Assembly: GCA_964466945.1 (NCBI GenBank)
Contig: CAYXPA010000002.1
Span: 24,837-88,836, forward strand
From: an uncultured Verrucomicrobiota bacterium
GTDB lineage: Bacteria > Verrucomicrobiota > Verrucomicrobiia > Limisphaerales > J093
Length of the DNA stretch: 64,000 nucleotides
Reading direction: 5' to 3'
Part shown: positions 36,371-44,935 of the stretch, piece by piece
Layout: the number at the start of each line of letters is the position of its first letter
How positions within the stretch are numbered: position 1 is the first letter of the stretch
The notes under the pieces: model-generated
Told to the model about the DNA's origin: nothing
What the model saw: the letters and a program-made list of their open reading frames with translations, nothing else
Databases searched by the model: none
Translations under genes and position numbers: made by a program

Positions 36371-37144
36371 TTACACGGAATCGGAAAGTGAACTGGGCGC
36401 GATGCCCTTGGCCACACCCGGGACTGGGTTGAGGAACGCGCGGCGGGCCGCCCGCCGTTGCCGCCAGCGCCGCCAGGCCGCCGCGATTTCCCGGCTCACC
36501 GCGCCCGGCGTCCGCAGCAGAATCCACACGTCCCGCCAGAGGCGCTGGCTTCGGGCGTAGCGGATGTCCAGGCGCATCATCTGGTCCGTGACCAGGTGGT
36601 TTTTGCCGCTGACCTGCCACAGACCGGTCATCCCGGGCAGGCACTCGAAGCGATGGAAGTACCAGGGCTTGTAACTTTCGGTCTCGTAAGGGATGCACGG
36701 GCGCGGGCCAACCAGGCTCATCTCGCCCCGCAGCACATTCAGAAGCTGGGGCAACTCGTCCAGGGACGTCGCCCGCAGGTAGCGGCCCAGCGGAGTGATC
36801 CGGGAATCTTTCTCCGCATCGAGCTTTTCCATGGGCACCCCGGCAGCCAGCAACTGCTGGACGTAACGACGGTGCACCTCCGGGTCCGCGTCCACGTACA
36901 TGGTGCGGAACTTGAACATGGGGAACGGCCGCCGCAGCAACCCCACCCGTTCCTGCCGGAACAGCACCGGCCCGGGCGAGCTCAACTTCACCGCCAGCGC
37001 CACCAGCAACCACAACGGCGCGAGCACCAAAAGCAGCAGCAGACTCAGCGTGAAATCCACGGGCCGCTTCCAGGCCGGGACGCGCGGCACCAAAGGCCGC
37101 TTGGGACTCCGCCCGGGCGCGGCGGCGAGCAGAGCCGCTGGCAT
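36371..37144 (-). CDS. priming sugar-phosphate transferase (bacterial sugar transferase family, PglC/WbaP C-terminal type)
   Basis: ORF 36371-37522. The conserved part starts near RPVDFTLSLLLLLVLAPLWLLVALAVKLSSPGPVLFRQERVG. Motifs KFRTM, LDELPQLLNVLRGEMSLVGPRP, PGMTGLWQVSG. The start is uncertain (ATG 37144, 37315 or further upstream). Confidence 0.85.
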   Translation of the reverse strand: MPAALLAAAPGRSPKRPLVPRVPAWKRPVDFTLSLLLLLVLAPLWLLVALAVKLSSPGPVLFRQERVGLLRRPFPMFKFRTMYVDADPEVHRRYVQQLLAAGVPMEKLDAEKDSRITPLGRYLRATSLDELPQLLNVLRGEMSLVGPRPCIPYETESYKPWYFHRFECLPGMTGLWQVSGKNHLVTDQMMRLDIRYARSQRLWRDVWILLRTPGAVSREIAAAWRRWRQRRAARRAFLNPVPGVAKGIAPSSLSDSV

Positions 37145-37636
37145 GCCGGGGGGAATCGCACCGCTGCCGGCCTGGTGAGCCGGCCCGCTCAAATCCGCAG
37201 GGCTACCCGCTGGTGGGAAGTTGCAACTTCCCGCTGCCGCGTTCCCACCGGTGCACGATTCCGCAGGGTTGGTGGGAGCGTGCGGTCGTTCTCCTTTGCC
37301 AGATTTTCCCCACATACCTTTGCCTTTGGTCCCGTCGTTGCCCAAATCCAGTTTTTGCCTTTCGAGGGCGGATTTTGGGAAATCGCGGCTCCCGCGGAAG
37401 TCGGGGAAAGTACTACATTTTTGTCGGGGAATCCCCCGACGCGTCGGGAAGGGCATTCCGGCTGTTCCAGTCGCCGGTTCGTGCCGGGGGACGAATGGAT
37501 GTTGGCCGAGCGGGTCAACCACGCTGCCCTGCCAGGCCTACGCCGCAAAGACGGACCCAGCCGAGAGCGACCCACCCGGCCGGGTTCAAGGAGCGTCAAC
37601 GAGCCGAGTACGGGCCGGCGCGGCGGCGTGGCGGTT

Positions 37637-38668
37637 TCAGGCCCGCGGGTGGGCCTGGTCGTACACCTGCTTGAGCCGCTCGGTGGTGAGGTGGGTATAG
37701 ACCTGCGTGGTGGCCAGGTGCGCGTGGCCGAGCAGTTCCTGCACGCTGCGCAGGTCCGCGCCGGCCTCGAGCAGGTGGGTGGCGAAACTGTGGCGCAATT
37801 TGTGCGGCGTGATCGCCGGGTCGAGCCGCACGGCGGCCAGATATCGCTTGAGCCGGAGCTGGACCGTGCGCGGCTGCACTGGTTTGGCCGAGCCTGCGCG
37901 GCCGGGGAATACCGGCTTGCCCGGACCGGGCGACGGGGCCAGGCGCTGCCAGTATGCCCGCAGGGCCTCCAACGCCGGCGCGCCGATGGGTACCAACCGC
38001 TCCTTCCGCCCCTTGCCCCGCACGCACACCAGTTGCTCGCTGAGGTTCACGTCCTCGACCCGCAGTCCGCACACTTCGCTGATGCGCAGCCCGCAGGAAT
38101 AAATCGTTTCCAAGATCGCGGCGTCGCGCCAGTACTCCGCCTCGACATCGGCAGACACGGTTTCCCCGGCCGCGCGCCGGGCGGCCAGTTCTTGCAAGGG
38201 CGCAGCCAACAGCGCCTCGGTTTGCGCTACCGTGAGAAACAACGGCAGCCGTCGCGGACCGCGCGGCAGGGCCAGCTCCCGCACCGGCATCTGGGTCGCC
38301 ACGCCGCGGCGGATCAAGAAGTGGTAAAACGTGCGCAGGGCGCTGAAGCGGACCCGTAGCGCCGAGCGGCCCAGTCCACGGCGGCCCAGAAACCGCAGGT
38401 AGGCGCGGAACGTGTCGCGCTCGAGCGCGCTCCAAACCGGGTCGGCGCCCTGTTCTTGGCGGTACCAGCCGGCGAATTCGGCCAAGGCCTGTGCGTAATT
38501 GCGCCGCGTGTAGGGCGAGGCGCCGCGGTCAGCCGCCAGGTGTTCGAGAAAAGCGGCAACCAGCGGGTCCGCCGGCGGCGGCGCCACGTCGGGCACGGGC
38601 GCTCGTCCGGCGTTGGCCGGTTCGGCAGCCGTCGCCGACGCGGGGTCGGGCCGAGATCCCGAATTCAC
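37637..38668 (-). CDS. tyrosine recombinase XerC/XerD family
   Basis: 343-aa ORF. N-terminal SAM-like domain (FLEHLAADRGASPYTRRNYAQALAEFAGWY). Catalytic region ETIYSCGLRISEV, LRHSFATHLLEAGADLRSVQELLGHAHLATTQVYTHL. Confidence 0.9.
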   Translation of the reverse strand: MNSGSRPDPASATAAEPANAGRAPVPDVAPPPADPLVAAFLEHLAADRGASPYTRRNYAQALAEFAGWYRQEQGADPVWSALERDTFRAYLRFLGRRGLGRSALRVRFSALRTFYHFLIRRGVATQMPVRELALPRGPRRLPLFLTVAQTEALLAAPLQELAARRAAGETVSADVEAEYWRDAAILETIYSCGLRISEVCGLRVEDVNLSEQLVCVRGKGRKERLVPIGAPALEALRAYWQRLAPSPGPGKPVFPGRAGSAKPVQPRTVQLRLKRYLAAVRLDPAITPHKLRHSFATHLLEAGADLRSVQELLGHAHLATTQVYTHLTTERLKQVYDQAHPRA

Positions 38669-38754
38669 CGGGCCAGTGTAAGCCGCCGTTGCGCGGAAAC
38701 CACCTCAAACGTGGCGTCCAACGGCGCGGCGGGGCGGTGGGATATTCGGCGACT

Positions 38755-39168
38755 TCAGTTCGCCGCCGGCCGGTACTTGAGCGCCACGCCCACGATGACG
38801 CGGGACTGGGTGGCGGTGACCGCCGGGCTCCACCACGGGCCGCTCACCCACCAGCCGGTCGTCTGGGCGCGGTCTTGCACGATGAACACCGCATCCGCGC
38901 CCAGCTTGGCGGCCTCGCGGCGGAAGCGTTCCTCGATCTTGCGCGCGTCCGGCGGGGGGGAAAGCGAAGCGTCCACCACGATTTCGCCCAGCCGGTCGTG
39001 CGGCCGCTCGGGCGGGCGGTGCAAGATTTCGATGCGGCCCGGGTCGGTGGGCGCCGGGCGGGGCGCGCCGATGTAGCTGATGGTGTGGGACTGATAGTAG
39101 CTGCAACCGGCGGGCAGCAACGCCGCCGCCAGCAGCAAGCCGGTCAGCAAAGTCCGGGGCATCTTCAT
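38755..39168 (-). CDS. small putative lipoprotein
   Basis: ORF 38755-39255, start set at ATG 39168 (MKMPRTLLTGLLLAAALLPAGC), giving a signal peptide plus lipobox LPAGC. No family recognised. Confidence 0.55.
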   Translation of the reverse strand: MKMPRTLLTGLLLAAALLPAGCSYYQSHTISYIGAPRPAPTDPGRIEILHRPPERPHDRLGEIVVDASLSPPPDARKIEERFRREAAKLGADAVFIVQDRAQTTGWWVSGPWWSPAVTATQSRVIVGVALKYRPAAN

Positions 39169-39215
39169 GGCGAGAGAAACGTGACTTTCCAGGTCGGGTC
39201 GGTGACGCCGGCTGC

Positions 39216-39719
39216 TTAACTCAGGCGCCGCAGCACCCGGGGCGGGAGCAACCACTCAAGCGTGGCACAGCGGCCGGCCTCGAGGACCGGCGCCTCCAAC
39301 CGGGCCAGGCCGCCTTTCTTGAAGGCGAGCGCGGCACCCGTGGTTCCGGCGATGAGCAGGGCCGCGAATTCGCTCAGGTGCGGTTCGTGGCCCACGAGCA
39401 TCACGGCGTCGGGCCGGGGACGCAGTTTGCTGATCTGGCGAACGAGGGCGGTGGAGTCCGGTGGCACGCCCAGGTGCTCGGTTTCTTCGAGGCGGTCGCC
39501 CAAGCCCAGGACCTCGGCGACGATGTCCGCGGTTTGGCGGGCCCGGACCAGCGGACTGGTGAGGATGACCTCGGGCTTGACGCCCAACCGGCGCAGGCCG
39601 CGGGCGATTTCGTGAACCCGCTCGGCGCCTTCCGGGGTCAGGCGCCGCTCGCGGTCGCGCACGGGGTCTCCGTGGCCGGTTTCTTCGGCAATCCCATGAC
39701 GCAACAGGTACAGTTTCAT
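39216..39719 (-). CDS. sixA: phosphohistidine phosphatase SixA-like (histidine phosphatase superfamily)
   Basis: ORF 39216-40034, start moved to ATG 39719 (MKLYLLRHGIAEE). Motifs RHG, ILTSPLVRARQTA, MLVGHEPHL. Confidence 0.8.
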   Translation of the reverse strand: MKLYLLRHGIAEETGHGDPVRDRERRLTPEGAERVHEIARGLRRLGVKPEVILTSPLVRARQTADIVAEVLGLGDRLEETEHLGVPPDSTALVRQISKLRPRPDAVMLVGHEPHLSEFAALLIAGTTGAALAFKKGGLARLEAPVLEAGRCATLEWLLPPRVLRRLS

Positions 39720-39823
39720 GACTTCAAAAATCTCATGCCCGGGGCCGCTGGCAAGCGGCCAGGCCACACAAAAAAGGGCGCCGGGGACGCCGGCGCCCGT
39801 GAAGATTGGGTGAAGCCGCGGGC

Positions 39824-41206
39824 TCAGGCCTCCCAGCCTTGGCGGTTCTGGCGGCTGACGAACTGGGCGGCTTCGGGCACGTTGGGCGAGCGCATGTTCG
39901 GCCCGTCCCATTCCATGCGCCGGCCCTCGCCCACGCGCAGCGCCACGCAGCCGAGCAGGATGATCTCGGTGAGGTAGGCGGCGATGTCGAAGTTCGAGTA
40001 GGCGGGGGTGCCGTCGCGCATCATGCGGAACCATTCCTCCATGTGGCCGGGCGAGCGGGGGATGCTCTGGGGCACGTTCTTGCAGGCTTCGTGTTTGTCG
40101 CCGGCCTTGAATTCCTCCTCGCCCTTCATGGCGATGTAGAACTGGGCGCCGTAGTCATCGGGCGAAAACAGCTTGCCCTTTTCGCCGATGACGAGGGCGC
40201 CGCTGCCGGGCAGGTTGCCCTGGGTGGCGAGGATTTCCTTCACCCGGTCGGCGTCGGGGCGCAGGGGCTTGAGGGGGTCGTTGGGATTGCCGTCGTACCA
40301 CCAAAACTTGAGCGGCGGCAGGCCCTCGCGCTCGGGGAATTCGAACCGGATGCGGGTGGTCTTGGGGAAGGTCTCCGGGTAATAGCGGGACCCCATCTCG
40401 TACTCGACCACGGTGGGGTAACCCAGCTTCAGCGCGCGGAAAGGCATGTTGACCGTGTGGCAGGCCATGTCGCCCAATGCGCCGGTCCCGAAGTCGAACC
40501 ACCCGCGCCAGGCGAACGTGTGGTAGAGGCCCTTCTTGTACGGGCGCATCGCGGCGGGGCCGATCCAGGCGTCCCAGTTGAGCGTGTCGGGCACGGGGTC
40601 TTCGCCGGGCGGGCGGTCGAAGCCCTGGGGCCAGATCGGGCGGTTGGACCAGACGTGCAGTTCGAGGGGCTTGCCGATGACGCCGGCCTGGATGACCTCG
40701 ACGGCGCGGCGCAGGCCGGGCTCGGCGCTGCCCTGGTTGCCCATCTGGGTGGCCAGTTTTTTCTCGTTGGCCAGTTGCCGGACCATGCGGGCCTCGGCCA
40801 CGGTTTGCACCAGCGGTTTTTGGACAAAGGCGTGCTTGCCCATTTTGAGGGCGCGGATGGTGGCCACTCCGTGGTTGTGGTCCGGCGTGGACACGGTCAC
40901 CGCGTCAATGCTCTTGGCCAGCTCGTCGAGCAGTTTCCGGTAATCCGTGTACTGCTTGGCCTGGGGGAACTGCTTGGCCTTTTTGGCCAGTGTGTTCCGG
41001 TCCACGTCGCAAATGGCGACGATGTTGCCCCCGCAACGCGCGGCGTCGCTGCTGTCGCTGTCGCCCTTACCGCCCACACCGATGCAGGCGATGTTGATGC
41101 GTTCGTTGGCACCGAGCACCCGGCCCACAAACGGGAACGCGAGGGTGACCGTGCCCACCGCCGCGGAGGTGCGGCTGAGAAACTGACGGCGAGTCAATGT
41201 GTTCAT
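39824..41206 (-). CDS. Tat-signal Gfo/Idh/MocA-family oxidoreductase
   Basis: 460-aa ORF. Twin-arginine leader MNTLTRRQFLSRTSAAVG, then INIACIGVGGKGDSD and GKHAFVQKPL. Confidence 0.85.
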   Translation of the reverse strand: MNTLTRRQFLSRTSAAVGTVTLAFPFVGRVLGANERINIACIGVGGKGDSDSSDAARCGGNIVAICDVDRNTLAKKAKQFPQAKQYTDYRKLLDELAKSIDAVTVSTPDHNHGVATIRALKMGKHAFVQKPLVQTVAEARMVRQLANEKKLATQMGNQGSAEPGLRRAVEVIQAGVIGKPLELHVWSNRPIWPQGFDRPPGEDPVPDTLNWDAWIGPAAMRPYKKGLYHTFAWRGWFDFGTGALGDMACHTVNMPFRALKLGYPTVVEYEMGSRYYPETFPKTTRIRFEFPEREGLPPLKFWWYDGNPNDPLKPLRPDADRVKEILATQGNLPGSGALVIGEKGKLFSPDDYGAQFYIAMKGEEEFKAGDKHEACKNVPQSIPRSPGHMEEWFRMMRDGTPAYSNFDIAAYLTEIILLGCVALRVGEGRRMEWDGPNMRSPNVPEAAQFVSRQNRQGWEA

Positions 41207-41517
41207 GTCTGCTGTCGCTCGGAATCACACCGCCCGAGGGCGGCGGCCCGGGGCGGCCTTGCCGGCGGCCGGACCGGGCAGATTGGTTTTGTTCGACCGG
41301 CAGCGCCTCCGACGCCAAGCCAGGAAACCGTGTTCAACCGGCGCGTCGAGGCGGCAGCCCTTTGTGCCGCGAAGGGCCCCGGCGCACAAGTCCAATTCTC
41401 GCGCTGCCCTCGGGCCCACTCCCGCTCGCCCGCGGCGCGTTTCCGGGGAATGTGCTTTACACACCCCGGCCCGGCGCCTACTGTCGCGCCTTGGAATCGA
41501 AGTTGCATTGAACGGGT

Positions 41518-41775
41518 ATGGAATCGAAGAGCAAAACGATCGCGGAGTTCCGCATCCACGAAAAGGATACGGGCTCGGCGGACGTGCAGGTGGCGCTGTT
41601 GACCCAGCGCATCAATCACCTGACCGAACACCTGCAAGTCCACAAAAAGGACCACAGCTCCCGTCGCGGCCTGCTCATGATGGTGGGCCAGCGACGCCGT
41701 CTGCTGGAATACCTCAAGTCGAGGGATTTTCAGCGCTATCAGGCGGTCACCCAGAAGCTCAACCTCCGCAAGTAA
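41518..41775 (+). CDS. rpsO: 30S ribosomal protein S15
   Basis: 85-aa ORF with [50 protein letters not shown], the canonical S15 sequence. Located upstream of pnp, as in many bacteria. Confidence 0.95.
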   Translation: MESKSKTIAEFRIHEKDTGSADVQVALLTQRINHLTEHLQVHKKDHSSRRGLLMMVGQRRRLLEYLKSRDFQRYQAVTQKLNLRK

Positions 41776-42001
41776 GCCCTCCGTCGGCGTTTCTGCGCTC
41801 GTCCCCTTCCAACTTCCTTCACCGCCAGTCGTCCCGGAATACCGGGCGACACCCGAGGTTCAAGCGTGCGCCTCAACCCGGCGGTCACAAACCGGCACGC
41901 GCATCCTGTGAACCCGTTGGCTTAGGGAAATTTCATTCAGCTTCCCATCTGGGGCGGTTGACTGAAGTTCCTCGGGCCGACGGGTTCCCAACCAGTCAGT
42001 T

Positions 42002-44353
42002 ATGCCAGAAAAAGTCACAGTCAAAGTCGGAACCCAAGACATCCAGATCGAAACCGGCCTCCTGGCCAAACAAGCGGACGGCTCGGTAACCGTCCGCCTC
42101 GGCGACACCATCGTCCTGGTGGCCGCGGTCGCTGCCACCAACCCCCGCGAAGGGCAGGATTTCTTCCCCCTCACGGTGGATTACCGAGAAAAAGCCGCCG
42201 CGGCGGGTCGCTTCCCCGGCGGTTATTTCAAACGGGAAGGCCGCCCCACCGAGAAGGAAATCCTCACCTGCCGCATGACCGACCGGCCCATCCGGCCGCT
42301 CTTCCCCAAGGGCTGGTTCAACGAGGTCCAGGTCCAGAGCCTCTTGCTCAGCGCCGACGGCGAAAACGACCCGGACATCCTGAGCATCCTGGGCGCCTCG
42401 GCCGCGCTCATGGTCAGCGACATCCCCTGGGCCGGGCCGCTGGGCGCGGTGCGCGTGGGGCGCGTGGGCGGGCAGTTCATCGCCAACCCCACCCACTCGC
42501 AACTGGCCGAAAGCGACCTGGACCTGGTCTATGTCGGCAGCGAAACCGAGGTGGTCATGTTTGAAGGTTCGGCCCGGGAAGTCAGCGAGGCGGACTTCAC
42601 GGCCGCGCTGGCCTTTGGTCACGCCTGCTGCCAGCCGCTCATTACGGCCCAGAAGGAACTGGCCGCCCGCGCCGGCAAGCCCAAACGCGCCATCCAGGTC
42701 AACGTGGTGCCCGAAGAAATCCTCGCCGAGGCCCGCGCCCTGGCCGGCGACCGTGGCATCCAGGCCCTGCTCACCCCGGGCAAGCTGGCCCGCGAGGCCG
42801 CCTGGCGCGCCGTGTGCGACGAGGTGGGCGCCAAACTCGTCGAGAAATTCGGCGCCGAAAAGGTCACGCCCTTCGTCCTCAAGGACGCCATGCACCAGGT
42901 GCAGGAAGAGGCGGTGCGCGACCTGATCATGAACCAGAACAAGCGCCTGGACAGCCGGGGCATGGACGAGCTGCGCCCGATTTCCTGCGCCGTCGGCTTC
43001 CTGCCGCGCGCCCACGGCTCGGCCCTGTTTGCCCGCGGCGAAACCCAGGCCGTGTGCCTCGTGACCTTGGGCACCACCGAAGACGCCCAGGAGCTGGACG
43101 CCTACACCGGCGGCGAAAGCGAAAAGCAGTTCATCCTCCACTACAACTTCCCCAACTTCTCCGTCGGCGAAACCGGCCGCATCTCCGGCCCCGGCCGGCG
43201 CGAGATCGGCCACGGCGCCCTGGCCGAGCGTTCCATCGAGCCGATGGTCCCGCTCAAGGACTTCCCCTACGCCGTGCGCGTGACCAGCGAGATCATGGAG
43301 TCCAACGGCTCCACCTCGATGGCCACGGTCTGCGCCGGCAGCCTGGCCCTCATGGACGCCGGCGTGCCGCTCATCCGCCCCGTGGCCGGCATCAGCATCG
43401 GCCTCTGCACCGAGTCCGCCCCCCACGGCGGCATCCTGCGCCACAAGCTCCTCACCGACATCATCGGCTGGGAAGACCATTTCGGGGACATGGACTGCAA
43501 GATCGCCGGCACCGAGCGGGGCATCACCGGCTTCCAACTCGACCTCAAACTCAAAGGGCTGCCTCACCCCATCATCGCCGAAGCCCTCGAACGCGCGCGC
43601 GTGGCCCGGCTCAAGATTCTCGAGATCATGGGCCAGACCCTGGCCGCGCCCCGGCCCGAGCTCAGCCCCTACGCCCCGCGCATCCTCAGCCTCAAGATCA
43701 ACCCCGAGAAAATCGGCGCTCTCATCGGGCCCGGCGGCAAGAACATCAAACGCATCTGCGACGAGTCCGGCTGCGAAATCAACATCGAAGACGACGGCAC
43801 CGTGCAGATTTACTCCCGCAGCGCCGAGGGCATGGAAATCGCCCGACGCGAGGTCGAAGCCCTCAGCGCCGAAATCGAGGTCGGCAAAATCTACCGGGGC
43901 AAGGTGGTTACGATCAAAGATTTCGGCGCCTTCGTCGAAGTCCTCCCCGGCAAGGACGGCCTGGTCCACGTCAGCGAACTGGCCGGCTTCCGCGTCAAAC
44001 GCGTCGAGGACATCGTCAAGCTCGGCGACGAAATCTGGGTCAAGTGCCTGGGCGTGGACGAAAAAGGCCGGGTGCGCCTCTCCCGCCGCGCCGCCATGGA
44101 AGAGCGCGACCGCGCCGAACGCGGCAAGGATTCCGCCGAAGCCGAGGCCACGGCCGGTGGCGAACCCGCCGCCAAGACCGAAGCCGCGCCGGAACCCGCC
44201 CCGGCCTCCGGCGGCGAACCCCGGCCCGAACCCCGGCGCAGCGAGGAGCGGCGCGGCGAGGCGTCGCGACACCGCGGCGGAGGCGAACGCGGCGGCGAAC
44301 GCCGTGGCCACGGTCATCGCCGGGGCGGCGGCAACCGCGGTCCCCGCGAATAA
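42002..44353 (+). CDS. pnp: polyribonucleotide nucleotidyltransferase (PNPase) with a C-terminal Arg/Gly-rich tail
   Basis: 783-aa ORF with two RNase PH domains ([28 protein letters not shown]; [14 protein letters not shown]). KH region ([16 protein letters not shown]). S1 region ([28 protein letters not shown]). Confidence 0.97.
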   Translation: MPEKVTVKVGTQDIQIETGLLAKQADGSVTVRLGDTIVLVAAVAATNPREGQDFFPLTVDYREKAAAAGRFPGGYFKREGRPTEKEILTCRMTDRPIRPLFPKGWFNEVQVQSLLLSADGENDPDILSILGASAALMVSDIPWAGPLGAVRVGRVGGQFIANPTHSQLAESDLDLVYVGSETEVVMFEGSAREVSEADFTAALAFGHACCQPLITAQKELAARAGKPKRAIQVNVVPEEILAEARALAGDRGIQALLTPGKLAREAAWRAVCDEVGAKLVEKFGAEKVTPFVLKDAMHQVQEEAVRDLIMNQNKRLDSRGMDELRPISCAVGFLPRAHGSALFARGETQAVCLVTLGTTEDAQELDAYTGGESEKQFILHYNFPNFSVGETGRISGPGRREIGHGALAERSIEPMVPLKDFPYAVRVTSEIMESNGSTSMATVCAGSLALMDAGVPLIRPVAGISIGLCTESAPHGGILRHKLLTDIIGWEDHFGDMDCKIAGTERGITGFQLDLKLKGLPHPIIAEALERARVARLKILEIMGQTLAAPRPELSPYAPRILSLKINPEKIGALIGPGGKNIKRICDESGCEINIEDDGTVQIYSRSAEGMEIARREVEALSAEIEVGKIYRGKVVTIKDFGAFVEVLPGKDGLVHVSELAGFRVKRVEDIVKLGDEIWVKCLGVDEKGRVRLSRRAAMEERDRAERGKDSAEAEATAGGEPAAKTEAAPEPAPASGGEPRPEPRRSEERRGEASRHRGGGERGGERRGHGHRRGGGNRGPRE

Positions 44354-44389
44354 ATTCCCCGGCCGGCCCGCCGGCTTTCCGCCTCCATC

Positions 44390-44421
44390 AAAAAAACCGC
44401 CCGACTTGGGCGGTTTTTTTG
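44390..44421 (+). terminator. intrinsic (bidirectional-looking) terminator after pnp
   Basis: aaaaaaa-ccgccc-gactt-gggcgg-ttttttt: a GC stem flanked by an A7 run upstream and a T7 run downstream, 37 nt after the pnp stop. Confidence 0.8.
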
Positions 44422-44644
44422 TCGAAGCACGCGCCGATCCCCGCACGTTGAGAACCGGGCGGGCCTGCGCGAGCAGAGGGCTTGGCCGGAACGATGCAAC
44501 CCGGACGCGGGTGGAACGGGCCACTGGGCTTGCCACCCGAAACCGGAAAGCGGCAGCAAGCTGCCGCACTCCAAGCGCGGACGCGTGGTAGGGCCGCGCG
44601 GCGGCGCGGCCGTTGGGGCGGTGCCGGCGCTGTGGGATGGGGGG

Positions 44645-44700
44645 CAGATACCAGATGCCAGATGCCGGATGCCAGAGACCGGATGCCGGATGCCAGAGAC
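44645..44700. repeat. tandem heptamer repeat (8 units, consensus CRGATGC/CAGAGAC)
   Basis: Units read directly: cagatac cagatgc cagatgc cggatgc cagagac cggatgc cggatgc cagagac. Intergenic. Confidence 0.85.
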
Positions 44701-44740
44701 GGAAATCGGGAGCGGCGGGCGACTCGCTTGGCCGCGAAGC

Positions 44741-44843
44741 GCCGATTGGCAAGCGGCTGTACCGCCGACTGGCAGTCGGTCTGCCTGCCGCGACGGGGCG
44801 GCGCAGGCAGGCGATACGGCAGGCTGACCGCTTGCGCTACGAA
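44741..44843 (+). repeat. GC-rich palindromic intergenic element (long copy of the family also seen at 49631-49767)
   Basis: gccgattggcaagcggctgta...ccgactg-g-cagtcgg...ctgcctgc...gcaggcag...gatacggcagg-ctgaccgct-tgcgctacg. It shares the gattgg...gcggt(a) head and the gatacggcag...tgcgctacg tail with the 49.6-kb copies. Further hairpins lie at about 44550-44567, 44592-44611 and 44850-44871. Confidence 0.6.
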
Positions 44844-44935
44844 GCCGGACCGACGGCGGGGGCGCCGTCGGCGGCACGCGGGGGCACGGGCGGTTCGGGA
44901 CCAGGCGCGGTTTCGCCCACGCTCGACACCGCGGC

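Noticed and set aside
33328-38359. Long plus-strand ORFs (33328-34866, 35444-36391, 36458-38359). Similar cases elsewhere are 39806-41602, 45230-46795, 50371-51915 and 61322-62893.
   Set aside because: Each lies antisense to a gene with strong family motifs and has Arg/Gly/Pro/His-rich low-complexity translations. None has an independent start context or recognisable motifs.
37637-38668. Tyrosine recombinase next to the glycan locus, read as a phage/ICE integrase, an island boundary or an invertible-promoter recombinase
   Set aside because: The sequence has the full XerC/XerD-type N-terminal and catalytic layout. No tRNA, att-like direct repeats, phage or transfer genes are nearby. I found no inverted repeats bracketing the 37.1-37.6 kb promoter region. 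It is most simply the housekeeping dif recombinase.
41829-41849. Hairpin tcgtcccgg-aata-ccgggcga in the rpsO-pnp spacer, read as a pnp autoregulatory (RNase III) leader or rpsO terminator
   Set aside because: The stem is short and has a mismatch, and no T-tract follows. E. coli-type regulation cannot be assumed in this lineage, so it is not annotated.
44645-44700. Tandem repeats considered as a CRISPR array
   Set aside because: The units are 7 nt with no spacers, and no cas genes are present. It is a microsatellite, not a CRISPR.
41996-44752. 918-aa ORF on the minus strand covering the whole pnp region
   Set aside because: It is exactly antisense to an unmistakable PNPase gene. The translation is low-complexity (runs of G/A/D/V/L) with no motifs. 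This is the typical open antisense frame of GC-rich DNA.
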